A DNA stretch of 56,967 nt, taken from NCBI GenBank assembly GCA_964576115.1, contig CAZNUA010000004.1, positions 1 through 56,967 of the forward strand, given 5' to 3'. The notes under the pieces were generated by a model. That model was given only the letters and a program-made list of their open reading frames with translations, ran no database searches and was not told the origin of the DNA. Shown in pieces: positions 48,202 through 56,967 of this stretch (position 1 is its first letter; the number at the start of each line of letters is the position of its first letter). A program made the position numbers and the translations under genes. Source of the DNA: an uncultured Gemmatimonadota bacterium (GTDB taxonomy: Bacteria; Blakebacterota; Blakebacteria; Blakebacterales; Blakebacteraceae).

Positions 48202-49502
48202 GGAAAGTGCAGCGAATGCGAGCGATGACAGCAGCCCTCGCACTGCTGGTGTTTCTCACGGCACCTGCCGCGATCAGGGCTCAGTCCCCGCAGACCCAGC
48301 TTCAGACGATCCCGTCCCTGGGTGTTGAAAATGCGGACATCAGGTCGGTTTTCAACCTCCTGGCAGATTACGGTGACGTGAATATCGTCTGGGACTCCCA
48401 GGTTACGGGTCAGATCACCATGCAGCTGCGCCGGGTCACCTGGATAGAGGCCCTGGACGCGGTTATGGCCCAGAACGACCTGGTCAGCCTGCCCTCGACC
48501 GAGACTCTGCGGGGCGGTATGCCCGCCGACACCGACATGATCATGATCCTGCGTCGCTCCGATTACAATCTGCGGCAGCAGCAGGAAGCTCAGCAGCAGA
48601 CCGAGCTGGTCACGAGCCAGCCGCTGATTACCGAGATCATCCATCTGAGCCACTCCCGGGCCCAGGAGATCCAGACCGCGATCACCAACCTCGGCTCGGG
48701 TGACGGTTCCTCGATCACGGTCGATACCCGGACCAACAGTCTGATCGTGCAGGATTACCCAGATTATCTCGACCTGATCGAAGATGTCATCGGCGAGCTC
48801 GACATCCCTGTTCCTCAGATCAGGATCGAAGCCAAATTGCTCCAGGTCGACACCGACGGTCTCCGGCAGCTCGGCCTGAACTGGGATCTGGATACCGGCG
48901 GCACCAACCCGCTGATCATCACCGGCACGACCGATCTCGCGACCGACAATACCATCCAGGGGGTTCTGGGTCTCACCTCGGGCGGCCTGACCCTGAACGC
49001 GACTATCTCGGCCCTGGAGAACCAGGGGGTCGGGAACGTGGTCGCCACGCCCAGCATCTCGGTCCTCGACAACGCTCCCGGCAGGATCTTCATGGGGGAG
49101 CAGGTACCCCTGCGCCAGCTTGACATTTCGGGCAACACCACCATCCAGCTGCAGGAGATCGGGACCGAGCTGATTGTCACCCCGCATGTGGTCCAGGATG
49201 ACCGGATCATCCTCGAACTGGCTCCTAAACGGGAATCGTTCCGGGTCGATCCCTCGGCCGGGATCATCGTTTCCACCCAGGAAGCTTCCACCACCGTCGA
49301 GGTGCGCGACGGTGAGACAGCCGTCATCGGCGGCCTGAAATCGGAAGAGATCACGGAAGGGCGGACCGGCATCCCCATCCTGATGGACATCCCGCTCGTC
49401 GGCGCCCTCTTCCGCTACCACACCCGTCGGGTCGTGGTGCGCGACCTGATCCTGTTCGTAACGCCACACATCGAACGCGAGAGCACGGTCATCACACCGT
49501 AG
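48198..49502 (+). CDS. pilQ: Type IV pilus secretin (short, no AMIN domains)
   Basis: N0 domain, N3 domain (DTRTNSLIV), QIRIEAK, VRDGETAVIGGL, IPLVGALFR and LILFVTPHI. Confidence 0.92.
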   Translation: MRKVQRMRAMTAALALLVFLTAPAAIRAQSPQTQLQTIPSLGVENADIRSVFNLLADYGDVNIVWDSQVTGQITMQLRRVTWIEALDAVMAQNDLVSLPSTETLRGGMPADTDMIMILRRSDYNLRQQQEAQQQTELVTSQPLITEIIHLSHSRAQEIQTAITNLGSGDGSSITVDTRTNSLIVQDYPDYLDLIEDVIGELDIPVPQIRIEAKLLQVDTDGLRQLGLNWDLDTGGTNPLIITGTTDLATDNTIQGVLGLTSGGLTLNATISALENQGVGNVVATPSISVLDNAPGRIFMGEQVPLRQLDISGNTTIQLQEIGTELIVTPHVVQDDRIILELAPKRESFRVDPSAGIIVSTQEASTTVEVRDGETAVIGGLKSEEITEGRTGIPILMDIPLVGALFRYHTRRVVVRDLILFVTPHIERESTVITP

Positions 49503-49552
49503 GTGCGGTCGCCTCCCCAGGGCGTGCCCTCTTTCCGCGTGAGGAGCAGAAG

Positions 49553-52500
49553 ATGAGGAGCAAGACATTCTACCTTGTGGGGCTGCTTGTCCTGTTCACC
49601 GCCGCCGTGAGCTTCAACGGTTGCGAGGAGACAGAGCCGGAATCAGTTCTCGGCATCCAGCCGATCAGCTGGCAGGACCAGGCCGTGCATCTGCCCGCCG
49701 ACGGTATCTCGACCTATCCTCTGATGGCTACGGTCATCACCGACGAGGGCAAGAAGGTCCAGAATGTGGCCGTGACCTTCACCTCGGTCAACGCCCTGGC
49801 TACATCGCAGACGCTCGGAAGCTTCACCCAGGCGACGGTGACGACCGACGCCGACGGGCAGGCCACCGCCACTCTGATCGCGCCGGAAAGCGCGGTCGAC
49901 CTGACCGCCCTGGTGGACGCCTCGGTGACCGACACGACCGGTTATATCCTCAACCCGCGGACCAACACCCGGGTCGCCGCCGAACCGGCTCCGCCGGGGG
50001 CGGTGGCGATCGTTTCGGCCGGGCCCCTGGACGATGAGGAACTCGAAGCCCGCCTGCACGCCATTCTCCTCGACCGGGCCCGAGAGCAGGCCGCCGAGCG
50101 CCGCAAGGGCATGGGCGCCCTGCTGGGCGATGCGCCGGTCGGGCAGGGGGGCGGCGCGGCGGCGGCTCAGGCCGACGAGCTGACGGTGGTATTCGAGGGC
50201 GTGATCATCTCGCTGAGTTCCAACAAGACCCAGCTTCCGGCCGACGGCGTGTCGAAAGCCACCATCGAGGCCCGGGTACGGACCACCGCGGGTCTGAACG
50301 TCTCGGGTGCGACGTTGAACTTCAGCGCCCGGCACGGCAAGATCACCTCGAGTGCGACCACCGATGAATACGGTTCGGCCGAGGTGGACCTGACCTCGGC
50401 CGTTACCACCGTGGCCCGCGACACCATACGGGCAAGGCTCGGGGTCACGTTGATCGACACCCTGTACCAGGATTTCGTCCAGCCGGTACTCACGGTCACC
50501 TCGGATGCCGCCAGTATCGCCGCCGACGGCTCCTCGACCACCACCGTGCGGGCGCGCCTGCTCACCCCCGCCGGTAACCCGATCCAGGGGGCCGAAGTCG
50601 CCTTCGCTCTGACCGGCCCCGACGACGTCTCGATCACGGTCCAGGGCACGACCAATACCAACGGTGAGGCCACGGCGGTCCTCAAGGCGGGCAATACGGC
50701 CGGCTCGGCCACCGTGACGGCTTCCTTCTCCGGTCTGAGCGAGTCGACCACGGTCAACCTGCTCGGCCTGAGCGTACAGCTCGCTTCGAACAAGAGCAGC
50801 ATTCTGGCCAACGGGACCTCGACCGCCACCGTTACCATGATCGCCAAGACCCAGACCACCAACGTGGCCATCGTAAACCAGCTGGTCACCTGGTCGACCG
50901 ATCTGGGGACCATCCCGGCCACTTCCACTACCAACTCCTCGGGGGTGGCCACGGCCACCCTGAAGAGCAGCACCTCCCCCGGGACGGCCACCGTTTCGGC
51001 GTCGATCGGCGACACGACTCTGAGTACGACCGTGACCTTCTCGGCCACCGCCAACATCAGTGTCGAACTCTCCAGCGACGAGGATCGACTGCTGCGGGAC
51101 GGTCAGGACGAGACCGCCGTCACCGCCAGGGTCGTGGACGGCGAGGGGAACGCTCTCTCCGGGCGGGTGGTCACCTTCTCGCTGAGCGGGGTGGGTTCGC
51201 TCTCGACCTTACAGCCGCAGCAGACCGGTGTCAGTGGGACCGCCTCGGTCGACCTGCTGGCCGACGCGGCGACGGCTGACGGCACGGCCACCATCATCGC
51301 CACCGCCGAGGGGCAGAGCGACACCCTCGATGTGCCCCTGCGCGGGGTGACCCTGGTGATGACGTCGGCACCGTCAGCCATTGTCGCCAACGGCAACAAC
51401 ACCTCGAAGATTTCGCTGCTGGTCAAGGAGACCACCACCAACGCCGGGGTGACCGGTCGGAGTCTCCAGTTCGCCTCGTCCCTGGGAACCATTCCGTCCG
51501 CGGCCACCACCAACGCCAGCGGCGTGGCGACGGTCACCCTGACCTCGGGCACGACCGCCGGCACCGCCACCGTGACGGCCACCCTCGGCACGCTGAACCA
51601 GACGACCGATGTCGACTTCCTGGCCGAAGCCCTCAGCCTGACCCTGTCAGCGGGCAGCGGATCGATCCTGCGCGACGGGGTCGCCACGACCGCCATTCAG
51701 GTCCTGGTCCAGGATCCCAACGGGAACAATCTCAGCAACCGGGATGTCACGTGGAGCCTGACTGGCGGCTCGAGCGCCACCCTTTTCCCCGCTGTCGGTC
51801 AGACCGGTTCGAGCGGCACCCACAGTACCACCCTGACCGCCGATGCCGCCGCCACCGATGCCGTGGCCACGGTGACCGCTACCGTCGGTGACAGTACCAC
51901 AAGTGTCAGCATCAACCTGCGGGGGGTGACTCTGACCTCGTTCGTGCAGCCCGACACCATTCTGGCCAACAGCAGCGAGACGGCCGAATTCCGCTGGCAG
52001 GCGAGCGAGACCACCACCGGCGCCATCATCGCCAACCACGACATCATCATCACCAAGGTCTCGGGACCGAGCGTGCTGCTCTCGAACCTTTCCTCGACCA
52101 CCGACGGATCCGGTATCGCCAAGGTGACGGTACAGAGCACCCAGAATGCCGGCGATCTGGTGATGCAGGCCGAACTGGGCGGTGTGACCCAGGGCGAGAG
52201 TCTGCACCTGCTGCAGGATCAGTACTCGCTGGCGCTGACGACCGACAATCCGACCATGCTGCGGGACGGTATCGAAACGGCCGATCTGACCGCGGTCGTG
52301 CTCGACAAGCTCGGCAACGCCGTCACCGACCAGCGGGTCGATTTCACGGTCGCCCAGGGCGCCGCCACGCTGAGCAGCAGTTTCGAGCGTACCGACTCGA
52401 GCGGTGAGGCAACGGTCACGCTCACGACCGACGTGGGGCAGACCACCAGCAACGCCCGGATTATCGCCAGCGTCAGTACCGTCGCCGATTCCGTCGATAT

Positions 52501-55422
52501 TCCCCTGTACGGAGTGATTCTCTCGATCAAGACCGATCCCGACTCGCTGGTGGCCGACAACGAGACCGCCGTGAACGTGTCGGTCACAGTCAAGGAGGCG
52601 GGTTCGAGCACCCCGCTGGTGGGCCGCACGGTGTACTTCGCCATCGGCCCCGGTACTTTCGGGACCATCACGGCCCAGGCCACGACCAACTCCAGCGGAG
52701 TGGCCACCGCCACCCTGACCGGTGACACCACCGCCAGTTTCGTCGGAACCGTTTACGGCCGGCTCGGCGAGGATCCCACCACGGCTCTGACTGCGAACAC
52801 GACGATCGATGTCGTGGCGCCGACCCGCGGCGTGCGGCTCAGTGCGGCCGATGAGTGGATCATCCGCAACAACCAGGACTCGACCACCCTGACCGCGACA
52901 GTGACCGACAACACCGGTTATCCGGTCGAGGGGGCCTCGGTGACCTGGAGTCTGACCGGCGCCACTCCGGCCGGAGCATCTCTCTCGGTCGCGGTGAGCC
53001 AGACCAATTCCAGCGGCCAGGCCACCGTCGTTCTGACCGGTGACGCCGGCGGGACCGATGCCACCGCCACCGTCCAGGCGGCGGTGGGCAGCGCCACCGA
53101 CACCCACGACGTGCCCCTGCAGGGAGTGGTGCTCGCCATCTCGGCTCTGCCGTCCTCGATTTCGGCCAACGGCGTCGATCTGGCGGTTATCGAGGCCACC
53201 CTGACCGAAGCCACGACCGGTCGGGGTGTTACAGGCGAGACGCTGACCTTCTCGACCTCGCTGGGGACCATCGGCGGCACTGCCGAGACCGACGCCAACG
53301 GCAAGGCGACCGTGAACCTGACCGCCGGCACCACCGCCGGATCGGCCACGGTCCAGGTCTACAGCGGCCCGGTGGCGACCGGAATCTCGAATTCGACCAC
53401 CGTGACCCTCGTCGATCCGGTCGCGGCCTCGCTCGCCCTGACGACCTCGCAGGCCCTCCTGCAGGTCAAGGGCACCGGCGGGATCGAGTCGGCCACCATC
53501 ACCGCCACCGTGCTCGACAAGGACAACAAGCCCGTTCCGCCCGGGGTCGAGGTCGAGTTCGTGATCTCGCCCGCCGCGGTCGGCACCTTCGGCGGCACGG
53601 CGGTGAAGGACACCATCACCACCGATACTTCAGGTGAGGCGAGCGTACAGTTCCAGAGCGGCACTCTGGCCAGCGACGCGACCATTACCGCCACCGTGCT
53701 GGGCACCTCGGTCGTGAGCCAGCGTTCCCTGCTGAGCGTGACGGCCGGGCCGGTGCAGAACATCGACATCGCCGCCACGGTGATTTCGTGGAACGACGAG
53801 GGGCTGTACGAGCGCGAACTGCACGGCGTCTTCGCCGACACCTTCGGCAACGCCGTGGAGAACACCTACGTGGTCTGGACGGCTTCGCCCGACACCGCCG
53901 GGACGATCCTGGGGGCCGGTTCGGAGGACGGCTACACCGACGAGAACGGCGTGGCCCACAGTCTCTACGTCTACAGCCGGGGCTGCGAGCCGCTGCCGCT
54001 CACCATCTACGTCACCACCCAGGGAGTGACCGATTCGCTGGTCATTCCCCAGGGCGCCATCTCGGTCACCGGTGATGTCATCGACCTCTACCGCGACGGC
54101 CAGGATTCGGCCTCTCTCACAGCCTCGCTGGTCGATGGGTACGGGACACCGGTGGGTCTGGTGGGGCTGAGCTGGACGGTGTCGGCGGGAACCGGAGTAG
54201 TGGCTGCGGCTGCGACCGCCACCAATCAGGAGGGCGATCCGGCCAGCAATACCTACGTCGCCGACGCCAACACCGTCGACGGCACGGGGACGGTCGAAGT
54301 CGAATTCCGCGGTATCACCGATACCGTTGACTTCGACCTCTACGGCGTAACGATCACCGCCTCGGCCTCGCCCGACACCCTCAGCGCCAACGGGGCGGCC
54401 ACCTCGACCGTGACGGCCATGGTCAAGGAGACGACCGCCAACCGGGCCCTGAGCGGCGCCCTGGTCGTCTTCGACACCGACCTGGGGACGATCGGCAGTG
54501 CTGCTTCGACCGATGCCAACGGGAAGGCCCAGGTCACCTTCACGGCCGGTACCACCACCGGCCCGGCCACGGTGACGGCCACCTACGGGGGACTGAGCAC
54601 CACCACCGGCGTCGAGCTGATCTCCTCCACTTCGGCCGCCATCGCTCTGGAAGCCAGCGAAACAGCGCTGCAGGTCAAGGGCACCGGNNNNNNNNNNNNN
54701 NNNNNNNNNNNNNNNNNNNNNNNNNNNNNNNNNNNNNNNNNNNNNNNNNNNNNNNNNNNNNNNNNNNNNNNNNNNNNNNNNNNNNNNCGGCCGCCATCGC
54801 TCTGGAAGCCAGCGAAACAGCGCTGCAGGTCAAGGGCACCGGGGGAACAGAACTCTCGGTGATCACCGCGACGGTTTGGGATTGCCGAGGAAACCTTGTT
54901 CCGACCGGTACTGCCGTATCCTTCGCAGTGACCCCTGATGGTACCTTCTGTAGTAACAATCAGGACACGACTACTGTGATAACAGATGACAGTGGAAAGG
55001 CTACGGTCGTCTACCAGAGTGGCACGGAATCAGGTAATAAGGTGTTCACAGCAACCTCTGGCTCGGCCGTTGGCAGCGCACCATTGATCACAGTCGCAGC
55101 AGGTCCAGTCAGCAACATTCTGATTGGTTCTGAACCATACACTGCGAACGCTGGCGACACCGGGATTACTACAACTTCTATTGCAGTCTTGGTGTCTGAT
55201 GCATACGCCAATCCTGTGGTTGAGGAAACAGAGGTCCACTTTGAGCTCACAGGCGCCAATGCTGACAAAGCCGTTGTTGTGACATGGGTGCAAACCGATG
55301 AGACTGGAGTTGCAGCGACGACAATCAGTTACCCGACGGCAGAAGCTGGAGTGAGTGTTACACTGAAGGTGACCTGTGGCGGTGTCACAGAACAGAAGAC
55401 ATTCGCTCTTCCAACGCCGTAA
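49553..55422 (+). CDS. Large invasin/intimin-like lipoprotein of tandem Big_1 Ig-like domains (~1904 aa once the gap overlap is collapsed)
   Basis: Lipobox-like SFNGC and repeated I.ADG....T.TA...D..GN...V.F.....TT..SG.AT.TL units. Removing the 100 N and one 55-bp duplicate gives 5715 nt in frame with ORF 54859-55422. Confidence 0.85.
54633..54842. other. Scaffold gap (100 N, 54688-54787) flanked by an exact 55-bp duplication
   Basis: 54633-54687 is identical to 54788-54842, as expected for a k-mer overlap at an assembler scaffold join. Confidence 0.9.
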
Positions 55423-55464
55423 GGATGCTGACAGAGCTGTCAGATAAGTCAGAATGAACAGCAT

Positions 55465-55502
55465 AGCGGATGCAGGGCTCCCGGGCCCTGCATCCGCTTT
55501 TC
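55465..55502 (+). terminator. Rho-independent terminator ending the pil/invasin operon
   Basis: agcggatgcagggc / gccctgcatccgct stem followed by a T-run. Confidence 0.85.
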
Positions 55503-55629
55503 ACAGTGCAACTTCCCGTCCGTCGATGAGTTACATTGAGGGTACGGGTTTTCCGACAGCGCATCGGGACTACACCGATACGCGGACAGTTGCATCGGCA
55601 CGGGAGCCAGGGAGCGGAAGTAACCGGGC

Positions 55630-56967
55630 ATGCGACGTATCTATCTGATCGGGCTCATTCTTCTGATGACGGTCGTGGTGATCGTCGGCGGGGGATTGAT
55701 GTACCTGAACGGATCGCTCGGATCCGACCAGGTCCTGGCCCTGGTGAACCGGACTGTCCTGCAACGGGCGGGACTCGAGCTGCAGTGGCGCCGGGCCAGC
55801 GGTAGCTTCCTGTTCAATCTGGTCGTCGACGAACCGGTGCTCTGCCTGACCGAGGGCGACACCCTGGTCCGGGCCGAGCGGATGAAGATCGGTCTGCGTC
55901 CCTGGTCGCTGGTCGAAGGGGAAGTCGAAATCACCCGCATCGAGGCCGACGGCCCGGTCGTGGATCTGCTCGTCCTGGCCGCCGACAGCCCCGAGCAACG
56001 AGCCGAGCGCAGCGAAAACCGGCGCCGGCGTCGAGAAGAGCGGCTGGCCGCCGCGGCGACCGATTCCGGATCCGCCGGAGAATCCCGTCCGATCCGCATC
56101 CGTAATGTCGTGCTGCGCGACGGCGAAGTCCGCTTCGGCTCGGGAGGGGTTGTGCATGCCGTCAGGGGAGTGCGGATCCGCAGCGACCTGGTCATCGGCG
56201 CGCCGGGCGGGCTGGCCTTTGATATACGCCGGCTGCGGGGAGTACTGGCGGACTGGGGCCTGGTGATCGAGAACCTCGACGGCGGACTCGTGATCGATGA
56301 CGGGTACCTGCGCTTCAGCGACACGCGGGTGCGGACCCGTTCGGCCCGTCTGGTTCTGGAGGGCGATCTCGATCTGCGCCCCGACCGGGCTGACGGCGAC
56401 CTGGAGCTCGACCTGCAGGCCCGCGACCTGAGCGAATGGTGGCCGATTCTGGGCGGGACGTGGCCCGGAGAGGGCGCTCTGGAGATACACGGTCGGCTTC
56501 GGCGACTGCCCTGGGAACCCGATCTCGAACTGCAGGGCAGCGGCACGATCGCCGCCCTCAGCCTCGAGGACTGGACCCTGGAGGGGACAGTGCGTCCCGG
56601 AGCGATTACGGCCGATCTGACGACCCGGGGCGCCGGAGCCTGGAACGTCACTGCCCGGATACAGCTCGATCCCCGGAGCGGGGTCGGTCGGATCCAGGCC
56701 GCGGTCGATTCACTCGATCTCGGTCTGACGCCGGCGGGAGTGCCGCTGCAGGCGGTGCGGGCTGAAGTGGATCTCGAGACGGCCGGATTCGATCCGGTGG
56801 CGGAAGGAGGACGAATCGAGGCGACCCTGGTCGGTGTGGATCTGTCGGGGGTCAACCTCGATACGGTCGGGATCGATATGGATCTGGGGCAGGGTGGCCT
56901 CAGGACCAGAGTGCCCCTGCGCATGACCGGCGAGGGTTTCCGGCTGCAGGCCGAGGGGGAGCTCGAT
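55630..56967 (+). CDS. AsmA/TamB-like protein, partial (runs off the window end)
   Basis: Not in the ORF track. Manual translation gives MRRIYLIGLILLMTVVVIVGGGLMYL...SGSFLFNLVVDE...LRPWSLVEGEVEITRIEADGPVVDL, an N-terminal TM followed by a beta-taco pattern. Confidence 0.75.
   Translation, partial: MRRIYLIGLILLMTVVVIVGGGLMYLNGSLGSDQVLALVNRTVLQRAGLELQWRRASGSFLFNLVVDEPVLCLTEGDTLVRAERMKIGLRPWSLVEGEVEITRIEADGPVVDLLVLAADSPEQRAERSENRRRRREERLAAAATDSGSAGESRPIRIRNVVLRDGEVRFGSGGVVHAVRGVRIRSDLVIGAPGGLAFDIRRLRGVLADWGLVIENLDGGLVIDDGYLRFSDTRVRTRSARLVLEGDLDLRPDRADGDLELDLQARDLSEWWPILGGTWPGEGALEIHGRLRRLPWEPDLELQGSGTIAALSLEDWTLEGTVRPGAITADLTTRGAGAWNVTARIQLDPRSGVGRIQAAVDSLDLGLTPAGVPLQAVRAEVDLETAGFDPVAEGGRIEATLVGVDLSGVNLDTVGIDMDLGQGGLRTRVPLRMTGEGFRLQAEGELD

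Noticed and set aside
54633-54862. Biological 55-bp direct repeat or a frameshifted/pseudogenised invasin
   Set aside because: An exact duplication around exactly 100 N is a scaffolding signature, and collapsing it restores one open frame.
49553-55422. DGR or shufflon acting on the adhesin tip
   Set aside because: No reverse transcriptase, TR/VR pair with adenine-specific differences, invertase or inverted sites were seen in the window.

Overview
High-GC (~65-70%) bacterial contig, probably a metagenome scaffold (one 100-N gap). Gene content suggests a diderm FCB-group/Gemmatimonadota-like organism, which is inference only. From left to right: (1) a partial NHL/beta-propeller lipoprotein divergent from PadR plus three tandem orphan (ADOP-type) ABC permeases with near-identical 5' ends; (2) a damage-tolerance cluster of a catalytically dead LexA/UmuD-type S24-fold protein, DUF429, dinB and a dnaE2-like polymerase, split by a low-GC methyltransferase plus putative endonuclease pair and closed by convergent DUF72; (3) envelope genes: TPR-Slt, a TonB-like-anchored protein with a BlaI-like winged helix, a Tyr/Trp- and Ser/Thr/Arg-repeat lipoprotein with a FadL-like barrel, an orphan 1412-aa histidine kinase, and TPR + barrel + ExbB/ExbD/TonB; (4) a type IVa pilus locus (sigma54-type promoter, pilA, pilD, fimT/pilV/pilW/pilX, pilMNOPQ) with a 1197-aa modular PilW, an AMIN-PilP fusion and a ~1900-aa Big_1 invasin-like lipoprotein whose low-GC tip starts at the scaffold gap; (5) a partial AsmA/TamB-like gene. 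A palindromic repeat occurs both upstream of dinB and as a 100-bp tandem upstream of pilA. I saw no rRNA, tRNA, CRISPR array or transposase. All family calls come from motif recognition by eye, not database searches.
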